From NCBI GenBank assembly GCA_963744225.1, contig CAVUSV010000002.1, positions 40,402 to 104,401 of the forward strand: 64,000 nucleotides of DNA. The letters are read 5' to 3'. Source of the DNA: an uncultured Acidimicrobiaceae bacterium. GTDB lineage: Bacteria; Actinomycetota; Acidimicrobiia; Acidimicrobiales; RAAP-2. Shown here piece after piece: positions 1 to 14,606 of this stretch; position 1 is the first letter of the stretch; the number at the start of each line of letters is the position of its first letter. The position numbers and the translations under genes are program-made. Under the pieces are notes generated by a model. That model ran no database searches. It saw only the letters and a list, made by a program, of their open reading frames with translations, and was not told where the DNA came from.

Positions 1-61
1 GGTCCGCCATCTTGTCCGGGTGGCCCTCGGTCACCGACTCCGAGGTGAATGTGGTCTTCAC
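1..61 (-). CDS. metK: S-adenosylmethionine synthetase, first 20 codons only (gene continues beyond the left edge)
   Basis: Reverse translation from GTG at 61 gives VKTTFTSESVTEGHPDKMAD, the MetK N-terminal FTSESV-EGHPDK signature. The GTG overlaps the coaBC stop (GTGA). Truncated, so absent from the ORF track. Confidence 0.75.
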   Translation of the reverse strand, partial: MKTTFTSESVTEGHPDKMAD

Positions 62-1319
62 GTTCTGCTCCGCTTCTCGTTGTGGTGGACGATCACCATA
101 TCCAATAGGGCATTCGCGACTGCATCCTTGGAGGTCAGCGGGATTTCGGTGGTGCTCCCGTCCGAGCCCAATATCACGACCTCATTCGTGTCGTAGTCGA
201 ATCCCGCGCCGGGCGCGCTCACATCATTCACGACAAGCAGGTCGACCCCCTTGCGCTCGAGCTTGCGCCGGCCCCGCTCGAGCGCGTCGTGGGTCTCTGC
301 CGCGAATCCGACAAGGACTTGGCCCGGACCGCGCCGTGCGGCCAGGCCGGCCAGGATGTCAGGGGTGGGTTCGAGCACCAGTTCGGGGATCCCCTCCTCC
401 TTCGACAGCTTCGCCCCTGCCGCCCGCTTGGGACGGAAGTCGGCCACTGCGGCGGCCATCACGACGACGTCGGCGCCTTCGGCCGCCGCGCCAACGGCGT
501 GCTCCATGTCGGCCGCAGTCTCGACATCGATCCGGGTGACTGCGGCCGCCACGTCGGGGGGGAGGAGCAGCGGTGACGAGGTCACGAGCGTGACCGCCGC
601 ACCACGCCGAGCGGCTGCCGTGGCGATCGCGTGCCCTTGCTTTCCCGACGACCGGTTCGTGATGAAGCGCACCGGATCGAGGGGCTCGCGCGTGCCCCGG
701 CGCTCACGACCACCTGGGCACCGTGCAGGTCGCGCCGCGTGGCGCGACCCAGCCGTTCGAGGACGCGCTCGACGATGACAGCGGGGTCGGCCAACCGGCC
801 CTCACCCGAATCGCCCCCAGCCAACCTCCCGGTCTCAGGTGGAATGATCTCGACGCCGCGGTGCTCGAGCGTGGCGAGGTTGTCCCGCACCGAGGCGTGC
901 TCCCACATCTCGGTGTGCATGGCCGGGCACACGATGACCGGCGCCCGCGTCGCCAAGAGCGTGGCGCCCAGGAGGTCGTCGGAGAACCCTGCGGCGTAGC
1001 GGGCGATGGTGTGTGCCGTCGCCGGGGCGACCACGACAAGATCGGCGCTCTGGCCAAGCCGCGTGTGCGGAATGGGCGAGGCCTCATCCCACAGCGACTG
1101 CTGCACCGGCTCCGACGCCAACGCGGAGAAGGTCAGGGCGCCGACGAAACGGGTGGCATCGTGGGTCAGCACCGGAGTCACGTGCACGCCGGCGTCGACC
1201 AGACGGCGACACACCTCGACTGCCTTGTAGGCGGCAATGCCGCCGCAGACGCCCAGGACGACGCGTGGCGGGGACGCGGTGTGCCCCGGCGCTTCTTCGG
1301 TTCCGGAGTTTCCCGCCAT
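58..1319 (-). pseudogene. coaBC: Bifunctional phosphopantothenoylcysteine decarboxylase / phosphopantothenate-cysteine ligase (CoaBC/Dfp), frame broken once
   Basis: ORF 582..1319 is the CoaC flavoprotein half (VVLGVCGGIAAYKA, PAMHTEMW). ORF 58..672 is the CoaB half (RFITNRSSGKQG, LLVVNDV). The frames join as VVVSAG-GTREPLDPVRFITN if one base is added to the C4 run at 695-698; 1262 nt +1 = 421 codons. Confidence 0.85.
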
Positions 1320-1353
1320 CGGCTAGGTCCGCCCCGCCTCTGCGCCTGGCGCC

Positions 1354-1731
1354 TTAGCTCGCGGTCGGGTCCTCGTCCCCGACGTCGAGGACTTCGACTA
1401 CGTCCGCGCCCTCCTCGGCGTCGCCGAGCAGGCCGGCTTCGGCAGCGTCGGCGATCGCGGCGGCCAGAGCCGCCTCCTCCTCAGGATCCGTACGCGTGTA
1501 GGTGGCCTTGCCGGCTGCGATCTCCTCAAATGCGATGGAGACGGGCTTGCCCGACACCGACGCCACCTGGGGCGGGACCACCTTGCCGAGCCCCTCACCG
1601 AGGCTGTTGTAGTACGAGTTCACTTGGCGGGCGCGTGCTGAGCCCAGCGCGACCAAGGTGAACTTCGAGTCCACCTTGTCCAAGAGCTCCTCAATGGGTG
1701 GGTCCATGAGCGTGTGGCGGCCTTGAGCCAT
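1354..1731 (-). CDS. rpoZ: DNA-directed RNA polymerase subunit omega
   Basis: MAQGRHTLMDPPIEELLDKVDSKFTLVALGSARARQ is typical RpoZ. The ATG at 1731 overlaps the corrected gmk stop (ATGA). The longer ORF start at 1758 is rejected. Confidence 0.85.
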   Translation of the reverse strand: MAQGRHTLMDPPIEELLDKVDSKFTLVALGSARARQVNSYYNSLGEGLGKVVPPQVASVSGKPVSIAFEEIAAGKATYTRTDPEEEAALAAAIADAAEAGLLGDAEEGADVVEVLDVGDEDPTAS

Positions 1732-2364
1732 CAGGATTCCTCCGGGTTCGCGGCGCAAGTGGCAGCCGATCGAGTCCGGTCAACTATAGCCGTCAGCTCG
1801 GCCAGGGTTCGACGCAGGTCGTCGTTGACCACCGTGTGAGCTGCAATTTTGAGCTCCGCGCTCGACCTCGGACTCCCCCAGGTCGACCCGCCGGCGGATG
1901 TGCCCGTCGTCGTCACCCCGTGCGGCCAGCCGCTCTGCCTGCACCTCCGGCGACGGGGGGAGCAGCATGATCACCGTGGCGTCGGGACGCTGGGCCAGGA
2001 CTTGCTCGGCCCCCTGGACGTCGATCTCCAAGAGGACGTCGGCGCCAGCCGGCGGGTCCGGGATCGGTGTCCCCATCAGGTAGTCGAGGAATTCAGCCCA
2101 TTCGAAGAAGGCACCTCGGGCGGCCGCGGCCTCGAACGTGGCGCGGTCAACGAAGACGTACGCGCCGCGCTCGTGCTCGCCAGGGCGCGCCTCTCGGGTG
2201 GTCCAGCTCCGACTCAGCCAGAGCGACGGGTCGCGGGCGACGAGCTCGGCCGCAACGGTGCCCTTGCCGGCCCCGCCAGGGCCGATGAGCACGAAGATGC
2301 GCGGCTCGTCGGTGTGAGGTTCAGCGCGCAGTCTCTTTGAGCAGCGCCTCGCGCTGCTTGGCAC
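1731..2364 (-). pseudogene. gmk: Guanylate kinase, frame broken once near the C-terminus
   Basis: ORF 1780..2364 has the P-loop IFVLIGPGGAGKGTV and the RSWTTR and EIDVQG motifs. The conserved tail AELKIAAHTVVNDDLRRTLAELTAIV lies in ORF 1731..1916, in another frame. The junction is at about 1853-1861. The GTG at 2364 overlaps mihF by 44 nt, so the start is uncertain. Confidence 0.8.
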
Positions 2365-2680
2365 CGAGCCCCTGAAGGCGTCGGCTGTCGCTGATGCCGA
2401 CAGTTTCCATCAGGCGCCGTGCTTTCACCTTGCCCAAACCGGGCAAGGACTCGAGCACCGAGACCACCTTCATCTTGCCGACGGTCTCGTTGGAATCCGC
2501 CTCGGTCAGGAGATCCGTCAACGACAAGGAGCCCATTTTGAGCTTGTCCTTGACCTCGGCCCGCTCACGGCGAACCCTGGCGGCCTTTTCGAGTGCAGCG
2601 GCGCGCTGCTCGGGAGTGAGTGCGGGAGGTTGCGGCATGGCCGAGACCATAGCGCCTCGGCCAGGAGCATTCACACCCAT
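2321..2680 (-). CDS. mihF: Actinobacterial integration host factor (MihF/sIHF family)
   Basis: LTPEQRAAALEKAARVRRERAEVKDKLK...GKMKVVSVLESLPGLGKVKARRLME...RRLQGLGAKQREALL closely resembles mycobacterial MihF. ATG 2680 has an AGAGGGA RBS; internal ATGs at 2650 and 2638 are alternatives. Confidence 0.8.
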   Translation of the reverse strand: MGVNAPGRGAMVSAMPQPPALTPEQRAAALEKAARVRRERAEVKDKLKMGSLSLTDLLTEADSNETVGKMKVVSVLESLPGLGKVKARRLMETVGISDSRRLQGLGAKQREALLKETAR

Positions 2681-2689
2681 TTTCCCTCT

Positions 2690-3529
2690 TCAGCCCATCA
2701 GCGCCGCCAGCTCGCGGGCCAGTGATGTGGCGCTGCGCCGCAGGTCGTCGGGATCAGGTCCGGCGTTAAGCAGCCCCCGTGAGCTGCTCGGCAACACGCT
2801 GCCCGGGGGGCATCCGGCGAACCGCTGGGCGACGTCCGCCGGACCGGCCCCCTGCGCGCCCAGACCGGGGGCCAAAATTACCCCTCCGAGCTGGGATAAC
2901 ACGAAGCTTGTCGATTCAAGGGTCGCTCCGATGACTGCGCCGACCGTTCCGGTCGGGACGTCGGGCGAGCTGTTGAGCGCCGCCACGCCGGCGAGCAGCA
3001 TGTCCTCGACCGCCATCCCCTCGGACGTGACGGCCTCCTGCAGTCCGCGACCCTCAGGGTTGGAGCTGCGAGCCACGACGAGGACGCCCCTCCCGTTGCG
3101 GGCGGCCAGTTGGACGAGCGGCGCAAGCGCTCCGAGACCGAGGTACGGGTGGGCCGTCACCGCATCAGCTGCCAGTGGACTGGCGTCACCGAGCCACGCA
3201 TCGGCGTAGGCCTCCGCGGTCGAATCGATGTCGCCTCGCTTGGCGTCCGCGATCACGAGCAGTCCCGCTGCCGTCGCCGCGGCGATGAGTCGCTCGAGCT
3301 CCGCCATCCCAGATGATCCGTGCCGCTCGAAGAAGGCGACCTGGGGTTTGATCGCGGCGACAGCTCCCGCGAACCCTTCGACGCAGGTCGCGCCGAAGGC
3401 GCGCAGCCCATCGGCGTCGTCGGGCAAACCCCACGACTGCAGCAAGGCGGCAGACGGGTCGATGCCCGCGCAGAGCGGTCCGTTCGCGCGTACTGCGGCG
3501 GCCACTCGGTCGCCGAAGCTGTCAGCCAT
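2690..3529 (-). CDS. pyrF: Orotidine 5'-phosphate decarboxylase (type 2)
   Basis: MADSFGDRVAAAVRANGPLCAGIDPSAALLQSWGLPDD...IADAKRGDIDST are PyrF type-2 motifs. Start taken at ATG 3529; the upstream ORF extension to 3661 looks non-coding. Confidence 0.85.
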   Translation of the reverse strand: MADSFGDRVAAAVRANGPLCAGIDPSAALLQSWGLPDDADGLRAFGATCVEGFAGAVAAIKPQVAFFERHGSSGMAELERLIAAATAAGLLVIADAKRGDIDSTAEAYADAWLGDASPLAADAVTAHPYLGLGALAPLVQLAARNGRGVLVVARSSNPEGRGLQEAVTSEGMAVEDMLLAGVAALNSSPDVPTGTVGAVIGATLESTSFVLSQLGGVILAPGLGAQGAGPADVAQRFAGCPPGSVLPSSSRGLLNAGPDPDDLRRSATSLARELAALMG

Positions 3530-4561
3530 CGCGGCCTCGCTCGTTGAGCAATGGGACGCGTGCGGCCATTGCGCCGGCGGACAGTGCGCCCTCCTGAATG
3601 CCTGGAGACCCGCTGGTCCGCCGACGTGCACGCTCTCGGATCTCCGCCACGGTGGTGCCATGGGTGTCGCACCAGCGCGTCAGCTGGCGCAGGACATTCC
3701 ACGGTGCCCTCGGGTCCCGGAACGTGGCGGTGCCGACCTGGACGGCGTCGGCACCGGCCAGCAGGAGCTCGACGGCGTCGTCGCCCGACATCACGCCCCC
3801 CACCCCGATGATGGGCACCTCGGGGAAGGCGGCCCGGCACTCCCACACGGCGCGCACCGCCACCGGGTGGACGGCGGCCCCGGACAGCCCGCCGCCGCCC
3901 GCTCCGAGCAGCGGTCGTCCCGATTCCGTGTCGAGTGCCAGCCCCAGCAACGTGTTGACCAGCGTTAACCCGTCTGCTCCGCCGTCGAGCGCCCCGGCGG
4001 CGATCTCCGTCACGTCGGGGACGTTCGGGCTGAGCTTGACCCAGCGGGGCAGGCCGCAGGAGGTGGCCGCCATGACCCGTGCCGTGGCCTCGGCCGAGTG
4101 GGCGAACATGCGCGAGCGGTCCTCCACGTTGGGACAGCTGACGTTGACCTCGAGCGCCGCGATACACGCACCCGCGGCGGTGCCGGCCGCTTCCGCCACG
4201 AGTCCCGTCGCCCGCCCGTAGTCCGCCACCGTGCGACCCCAGATGCTGACGACAACTCGGGCTCCCGAGGCCGCCAGTGCAGGCAGGTCGTCAGCCAGCC
4301 AGGCCCCCAGTCCCGGCCCCTGCAGGCCCACGCTGTTGAGCATGCCTGCCTCGACCTCGTGCACCCGCGGCGCCGGATTGCCGGGCCATGGCTCGACGGA
4401 CAACGACTTCACGACGACGGCACCGAGGTCGGCCAGCACGCCGTAGTCGGAAAGCTCCGTGCCGTGCCCCGAGGTTCCCGAGGCCGTCATGACCGGGTTG
4501 TCGAACTCGACGGCCCCGACGTGGGTCACCAGCGACCCGGCGCGACGCTGGTGGGGCCCGC

Positions 4562-4565
<4 letters not shown>
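3522..4565 (-). CDS. pyrD: Dihydroorotate dehydrogenase, class 1 catalytic subunit
   Basis: NPVMTASGTSGHG, NVSCPNV (active-site Cys), LSGAAVHPVA and IIGVGGV motifs. The GTG at 4565 overlaps the corrected carB stop (GTGA). The upstream half of ORF 3522..5087 is an alternate frame of carB. The C-terminal tail is about 35 aa longer than usual. Confidence 0.8.
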
Positions 4566-7864
<3,299 letters not shown>

Positions 7865-7884
7865 GTCGTTCTTCCCTTTTCCGT

Positions 7885-9018
7885 TCAGCGCGCCCCGGCA
7901 CGCGCGGGATAGGCCAGCATCAGGTTGCGGAAGGCATCGAAGAGGTAGCGAGCGTCATGGGGGCCGGGTGCGGCCTCGGGGTGGTACTGCACGGAGAACG
8001 CCGGCGCCCGGAAGGACCGGAAGCCTTCGATCACGCCGTCGTTGAGGTTCACGTGCGTGGTCTCGGTGTCGGGGATGGATCCCGCGGCGACGGCGTAGTT
8101 GTGGTTCTGGCTCGTGATCTCGACCACGCCGGTCTCGAGGCGTTGCACGGGGTGATTGGCGCCGTGGTGGCCGAAGGGCAGCTTGTAGGTCGAACCGCCG
8201 AGCGCGGTGGCCAGGATCTGGTGGCCGAGGCAGATGCCGAACACGGGCACCCCACCCACCAGATCGGCGACCGCGGCGGTCGGGCCGGGCAGCGCGGCCG
8301 GATCGCCGGGTCCGTTGGAGAGGAACACCCCGTCGGGGTCGAGCGCGCGCACCTCGTCGGCACTGGTGCCCGCCGGCACCACCGTCACCGTCCCCAGGGT
8401 GGTCAGCAGGTCGACCATCGTGGCCTTCACCCCGAAGTCGTACGCCACGATGCGCAGTCCACTCGTGCTTCCGAGGCCGGTCCCGGGATGGACGGTCGGC
8501 TCCGTCGCGGTGACGCCCGACACCAGATCCTGCCCGTCCGTGCCAACGGCGGCTGCGGCAGCGGCGCGCAACTCGGCCGCAGGCGCGGTGCCGAACGCGC
8601 ACGGAACGGCGCCGGCGTCCCGGATGTGTCGGGTCAGTCGCCGGGTGTCGACCCCGGTCAGGGCCGGGACGCCGTGACGACGCAGGAAGGGCTCGAGCGC
8701 CTCGGTCGAGCGCCAGTTGGACGGTTCGGCGGCCAGGTCGCACACGACGATCCCCCGGCAGCGCGGCACGGCCGCCTCGTCGTCGGTGGCGTTCGTGCCG
8801 TAGTTGCCGATGTGCGTGCTCGTGAAGGCGATCACCTGGCCGGCATAGGACGGGTCGGTGATGATCTCTTGGTAGCCGCTCATGGCGGTGTTGAACACCA
8901 GCTCCCCCGTGGCCACCGGGACCAGCGCGCCGGCCGCCTCACCCGAGAAGACGGCGCCGTCGGCCGTCACGAGCAGTGCAGCCGACCTGTCCCCCTGCCC
9001 CGGTACGGCGGCGCTCAT
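7885..9018 (-). CDS. carA: Carbamoyl-phosphate synthase small (glutaminase) subunit
   Basis: [23 protein letters not shown] and GICLGHQ (catalytic Cys) with HGANHPV and FSVQYHPEA. The ATG at 9018 overlaps the pyrC stop (ATGA). The ORF extension to 9330 is rejected. Confidence 0.9.
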   Translation of the reverse strand: MSAAVPGQGDRSAALLVTADGAVFSGEAAGALVPVATGELVFNTAMSGYQEIITDPSYAGQVIAFTSTHIGNYGTNATDDEAAVPRCRGIVVCDLAAEPSNWRSTEALEPFLRRHGVPALTGVDTRRLTRHIRDAGAVPCAFGTAPAAELRAAAAAAVGTDGQDLVSGVTATEPTVHPGTGLGSTSGLRIVAYDFGVKATMVDLLTTLGTVTVVPAGTSADEVRALDPDGVFLSNGPGDPAALPGPTAAVADLVGGVPVFGICLGHQILATALGGSTYKLPFGHHGANHPVQRLETGVVEITSQNHNYAVAAGSIPDTETTHVNLNDGVIEGFRSFRAPAFSVQYHPEAAPGPHDARYLFDAFRNLMLAYPARAGAR

Positions 9019-10329
9019 CGCTGTGCCGTCGCGTCGATCACGACCGCCTCGCCTCGCAGGACGGTGTGGCGCACCGCCCCGGTGAAGGTGCGACCGGCGT
9101 ACGGTGTGTTGCGGCTGCGGCTGGCAAGCCGGGCGGGGTCCACCTCGGTCGTGGCGCTTGGGTCGAAGACGCACAGGTTGGCCGTCGTCCCCTCGGCGAT
9201 CGGACCGCCCTGCGCGCTCTGGCCTCCGGGACGGGGGTCGGTCGCCGTCAGCTTGGCGATCGCGGCCGGCCGTGCGCTCATCAGCGCGAACAGCCGCGGT
9301 GGCTCCAGATAAGGCGACAACACCTCCCACGCAATGGGCAGCGCTGTCTGCAGGCCCAGCATGCCCGGGGGCGCCTGGTCGAAAGGGACATCCTTGGACT
9401 CGGGGGCGTGGGGGGCATGGTCCGTCGCCACGGCGTCGATCGTGCCGTCGAGAAGACCTCCCACGACCGCGGCCACGTCCTCGTCGGTCCGCAGCGGTGG
9501 ATTGACCTTGAACACCGGGTCGTACCCCGCCACGGCGGCGTGCGTCAGGAGCATGTGGTGTGGTGCCGCCTCGGCGGTGACGGGGAGACCCTCGGCCTTG
9601 GCCCGCCGGACCAACTCGACCGAGCCCGCCGTGGAGAGGTGCAGGAAGTGGACGGGTGCCCCCGTCAGGCGCACCAGCGCGATGTCGCGGGCGACCATGG
9701 CCTCCTCAGCGACGGCGGGCAGGCCCGGGAGACCGAGGCGACTCGACCAGCACCCCTCGTGCATGGCGCCGCCGGCGGCCAGGCAGGCGTCCTCGCAGTG
9801 CTGGGCCAGGGTGACGCCCAGGCCCTTCGCGTAGTCGAGCGCGCGGCGCATCAGCGCGCCGTCCTGCACGCCCGCGCCGTCGTCGGTGAAGATGGTCACG
9901 CCCAGGGCGGCGAGCTCGCCGAGCGGCGCCAGGGCAGCGCCGGCACGTCCCACGGTGATGGCGCCCGCCACAGCCACCTCGGCCGGGCAGCCGGCGCCGA
10001 GCGCGAGGACCTCGGCCGCCACCCCCGCGGAGTCGATCGCCGGCTCGGTGTTCGGCATGGCCACGACGGCCGTGTAGCCGCCGAGCGCGGCAGCGCGGGT
10101 GCCTGACTCGATGGTCTCGGCCTCCTCGCGACCCGGCTGGCGCAGGTGGGCGTGCAGGTCGACAAGCCCCGGGCCCACGAGGCAACCCGTGGCGTCGAGC
10201 ACCCGGGTGCTCCGCGGGGCGTCGATGGACGCCGCCACGCCGACCACGACGTCGCCCTCGACGGCCACGTCGAGCCGGGCCAGGCCCTCGGGCCCGACGA
10301 CCGAGCCACCCCGGATGACGAGGGTGAGA

Positions 10330-10358
<29 letters not shown>
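9015..10358 (-). CDS. pyrC: Dihydroorotase
   Basis: [25 protein letters not shown] and ATDHAPH motifs. The start at 10358 overlaps pyrB by 29 nt, so the exact start is uncertain. Confidence 0.85.
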
Positions 10359-11315
<957 letters not shown>

Positions 11316-11319
<4 letters not shown>

Positions 11320-11888
11320 TTGTCCTCCAAGGTGCCGATCCAGACGCCGTCCTCGCCGACGTCGACCATCTCCTCGCGTCGAGTCGGGAGGTTCTTGCCC
11401 ACGTAGTCGGGGCGGATGGGGAGCTCGCGGTGGCCGCGGTCGATCATGACGGCGAGCTGGACGGCACGGGCCCGGCCGAAGTCGTTGAGCGCGTTGAGGG
11501 CGGCCCGGATGGTGCGGCCCGTGAAGAGGACGTCGTCGACGAGCACCACCACGCGCCCGGCCAGGTCAACGTTGATGTCGGTGACGGCCTCGGGGAGGAC
11601 AGGACGCAGTCCGATGTCGTCCCGGTAGAAGGCCACGTCCAGGCTGCCGAGATCGAGGGTGTCGACGCCCTCGATCTGGCGGAGCATCTCAGCCATCCTG
11701 GTGGCCAGAGGGACGCCGCCGGTCTGGAGCCCGACCACGACGACGTCCTCGACGCCGCCGTTGCGCTCGACGATCTCGTGTGACATCCGCGTCAGGGCGC
11801 GCTGGACGTCGGCAGCGGTCAGGACCTGGGAATGGGCTACGAAAACGCCCCCGAGGGGTCGCGTGTGACTGCGTTCGCGTTCGGCCAC
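11316..11888 (-). CDS. pyrR: Bifunctional pyrimidine operon regulator / uracil phosphoribosyltransferase PyrR
   Basis: [19 protein letters not shown] (PRPP motif) and [21 protein letters not shown] start preceded by an AGGAGG RBS. Confidence 0.9.
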
Positions 11889-11919
11889 TGTTCCTCCTGC
11901 CGTGTGAGCCTCACAGAAC
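11889..11919 (-). promoter_or_regulatory. Possible PyrR-binding hairpin next to the pyrR RBS
   Basis: The leader RNA GUUCUGUGAGGCUCACACGGCAGGAGGAACA-GUG contains CUGUGAGGCU, which resembles the PyrR loop core CAGAGAGGCU (8 of 10). It can fold as CUGUGAG/CUCACA just upstream of the GGAGG RBS. Confidence 0.25.
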
Positions 11920-11975
11920 TCACTTCACGGTCAGGCGTCCACCTTAGCGCGCTCGGATGTGGTGCGGCCCGGAGC

Positions 11976-12383
11976 TCAGGCCGACGGCGGCGCGATATCG
12001 GCGGCGATCGTCGACAGGATGCCGTTGACGAACCGTCCGGACTCGTCGGTCGAGTACGCCTTGACCAGCTCGACCGCCTCGTCGATCACCACGGCCACCG
12101 GCGGGCCGTCGGGTGTGAGGAGTTCGGCCACCGCCATCCGGAGCACGAGGCGGTCGATGACCGCCATACGGTCGAGCGGCCAGCCCACAGAGGCAGCCCC
12201 GATGCGGCGGTCGGCCTCCTCCCGGCTGCCCACGACGCGCTCGACGAGGGTGCGCACGAAGGGGTCCGGGGGCACCGGCAGCGCATCGAGGACCTCGAGG
12301 GGGCCGTCGCCCTTGAGCTCGGCCTCGTAGAGCAGCGAAAGGGCCCGCTCCCGTTGCTGGTGCCGGGGGGCGGCGTCGGTCAT
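11976..12383 (-). CDS. nusB: Transcription antitermination factor NusB
   Basis: RERALSLLYEAE...DRMAVIDRLVLRMAVAEL...EAVELVKAYSTDESGRFVNGIL is typical NusB. Confidence 0.85.
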   Translation of the reverse strand: MTDAAPRHQQRERALSLLYEAELKGDGPLEVLDALPVPPDPFVRTLVERVVGSREEADRRIGAASVGWPLDRMAVIDRLVLRMAVAELLTPDGPPVAVVIDEAVELVKAYSTDESGRFVNGILSTIAADIAPPSA

Positions 12384-12453
12384 GGGTCCTGGTCCTGGTG
12401 CGGGTCCTGGCCTCGGCCGGGGCGCAGGCGCCTGGAGTCGAGGCGGCGGGCCG

Positions 12454-13014
12454 TCAGGCCCGGGTCAGGTACTCGCCGGAGCGGGTGTCGACCTTGATCA
12501 CGTCCCCGATGTTCACAAAGAGGGGAACCTGGACGACCAGGCCCGTCTGGAGGGTGGCCGGCTTGCGGGCCCCCGAGACGCGGTCGCCCTGGATGCCCGG
12601 CTCCGTCTCGGTCACGGTCAGCTCCACCGAGGCAGGGAGGTCCACGCCGACGATCTCGCCGTTGTACATCTGCAGGTTGGCCTCGTCGCCTTCCTTGAGG
12701 TAATTCGGCGCGTCGCCGAGCAATGCGGGCGCCGCCGTCATCTGGTCGTAGCTCGTGGTGTCCATGAACACGAAGTCGGCGCCGTCGCGGTAGAGGAACT
12801 GCATGTCGCGCTTGTCGATGATGGCCTGCTCGAGCTTCTCGTCGGCCCGGTAGGTGCGCTCGATCACCGCGCCGCTCCGGACGTTCTTCAGCTTGGTGCG
12901 CACGAAGGCGCCGCCCTTCCCGGGCTTGACGTGCTGGAACTCGACGACGTTGAAGAGGCCCTCGGGCAGGTCGAGGCTCATGCCGTTCCTCAGGTCATTG
13001 GTCGAGACTGCCAT
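12454..13014 (-). CDS. efp: Elongation factor P
   Basis: MAVSTNDLRNGMSLDL...FQHVKPGKGGAFVRTKLKN is a full-length EF-P signature. Confidence 0.9.
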   Translation of the reverse strand: MAVSTNDLRNGMSLDLPEGLFNVVEFQHVKPGKGGAFVRTKLKNVRSGAVIERTYRADEKLEQAIIDKRDMQFLYRDGADFVFMDTTSYDQMTAAPALLGDAPNYLKEGDEANLQMYNGEIVGVDLPASVELTVTETEPGIQGDRVSGARKPATLQTGLVVQVPLFVNIGDVIKVDTRSGEYLTRA

Positions 13015-14158
13015 GGATGTCCTTTGTGAATCGGGTCAGGGGGCGAGCGCCGTCCTCGGTCACGACCAGGGTGTCCTCGACGCGAACGCCGCCATGCCCG
13101 GGAACATAGACACCGGGCTCAACGGTGACGACAAAGCCGGGGGCGAGGATAGCAGTGCCGAGTTGGCTGACCGTCGGCGCTTCATGGATATCGAGGCCCA
13201 CGCCGTGCCCCGTTCCGTGCTCGAAGCGCTCGGCCCAACCCGCCTCGGCGATGATCCGGCGGCAGACGTCGTCCACCTCCTTGGCAGAGATGCCCGGCTT
13301 GACCGCGGCGGCACCGGCGGCCTGCGACTCGCCGACGACGGCGAAGATGCGCGCCAGCTCGCCCTCGGGTTCGGCACCAACACAGAAGGTGCGGGTCATG
13401 TCGGAGCGGTAGCCCTCGAAGGTCGCCCCGAAGTCGACGACGACCGGGTCCCCTTCGGCGATGCGCCGCGGTCCGGGGTGGTGGTGGGGCTTGGCCGAGT
13501 TCTCGCCGGCGGCGACGATCGTCTCGAAGGCGGTGCTCTCCGCCCCGCCCCGCCGCATGGCGGTGTCGAGCTCCAGGGCGAAGTGCTCTTCGCTGACGCC
13601 CTGGCTCATGAGCGGGAGGACCTCGAAAAGGGCGGCGTCGGCGATGGCGGCCGCCCGCTCCATGCGGGCGATCTCGGCGGCGTCCTTTCTCTCCCGCAGT
13701 GCTTCGACCGCTCGTGTTGTGGCCACGAGGCGGTCGGCACCGAGGAGGTCGGACCAAGTGCGCTGCGCACTCCAGGTGACGTTGTCGGCCTCGAGGCCGA
13801 TGCGGGCGATTGCGGCGAGGGACAGCGCGGCCTGCGCCGCGTTGCGTTGCTCGGTTCCCGATCCGATGGTGATGTCGACCTGGGAGGCGGCGCCTGCCTG
13901 AGCGATCTGCTCGGCCGACTGCGTGCGGTAGCGCCCGTCGGTCGTCAACAGCGCCGTGTCCCGCGTGACCGTGAGGACCGCCGCCGAGCCGGAGAACCCC
14001 GTCAGGTAGCGGACGTTGGCCAGCGTCGTGACGACGAGGGCGTCGATGTCGTGTTCGTCGAATGCGTCGCGCAGGCGATTCAGGCGGCCGCTCACCGTGA
14101 TGGCGGGGAGGGGGGACGCGCTCGGGAGGTACGGGTTGGCGTGGGCGGTCGTCGTCAT
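12995..14158 (-). CDS. pepQ: Xaa-Pro aminopeptidase/dipeptidase (M24B family)
   Basis: Creatinase-like N-terminal domain (NVRYLTGFSGS) plus M24 metal ligands (VVVDFGA, YRSDMTRT, HGTGHGVGLDIHE, VTVEPG). Sits between aroQ and efp as in mycobacteria. Confidence 0.8.
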   Translation of the reverse strand: MTTTAHANPYLPSASPLPAITVSGRLNRLRDAFDEHDIDALVVTTLANVRYLTGFSGSAAVLTVTRDTALLTTDGRYRTQSAEQIAQAGAASQVDITIGSGTEQRNAAQAALSLAAIARIGLEADNVTWSAQRTWSDLLGADRLVATTRAVEALRERKDAAEIARMERAAAIADAALFEVLPLMSQGVSEEHFALELDTAMRRGGAESTAFETIVAAGENSAKPHHHPGPRRIAEGDPVVVDFGATFEGYRSDMTRTFCVGAEPEGELARIFAVVGESQAAGAAAVKPGISAKEVDDVCRRIIAEAGWAERFEHGTGHGVGLDIHEAPTVSQLGTAILAPGFVVTVEPGVYVPGHGGVRVEDTLVVTEDGARPLTRFTKDIHGSLDQ

Positions 14159-14162
14159 GGTG

Positions 14163-14606
14163 TCAGGTGGCTCCCTTCAAGAGTGCGGCAGTGGCTTCGA
14201 TGGCGAGCTCGTAGCCGAGACCGCCGAAGCCGGCGACGACGCCCGAGGTCACCGGCGCAAGCACAGAGGTGTGACGGAACGGCTCGCGGGCCGCCGGGTT
14301 CGAGAGATGCAGCTCGACCACCGGCCCGTCGAACGCCGCCACGGCGTCGTGCAGTGACCACGAGGTGTGGCTCAGCGCGCCCGCGTTAATGACGAGGGCG
14401 TCCGCCCTGCCACGGGCAGCATGGACCGCGTCGATCAGCTCTCCCTCATGGTTCGACTGGAGGTGCTCGAACTGGAGGCCGTGGCGACCGGCGACCGCTT
14501 CGGCCCGCTTGACGTGGTCGGCCAAGGTGCCGGTCCCGTAGATCTCGGGCTCACGCTCGCCGAGCAGGTTCAGGTTGGGCCCAGAGAGGAGCAGAACGAG
14601 GCTCAT
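14163..14606 (-). CDS. aroQ: 3-dehydroquinate dehydratase, type II
   Basis: LLLSGPNLNLLGEREPEIYG, QSNHEGELID, INAGALSHTS and HLSNP motifs. Confidence 0.9.
   Translation of the reverse strand: MSLVLLLSGPNLNLLGEREPEIYGTGTLADHVKRAEAVAGRHGLQFEHLQSNHEGELIDAVHAARGRADALVINAGALSHTSWSLHDAVAAFDGPVVELHLSNPAAREPFRHTSVLAPVTSGVVAGFGGLGYELAIEATAALLKGAT

Noticed and set aside
7957-9312. 451-aa plus-strand ORF
   Set aside because: It is entirely antisense to carA, is Arg/Gly/His-rich, and has no recognisable motifs. Long antisense ORFs are expected in high-GC DNA because stop codons are rare.
12854-14389. 511-aa plus-strand ORF
   Set aside because: It is antisense to efp, pepQ and aroQ, which have unambiguous homology. 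There is no motif support.
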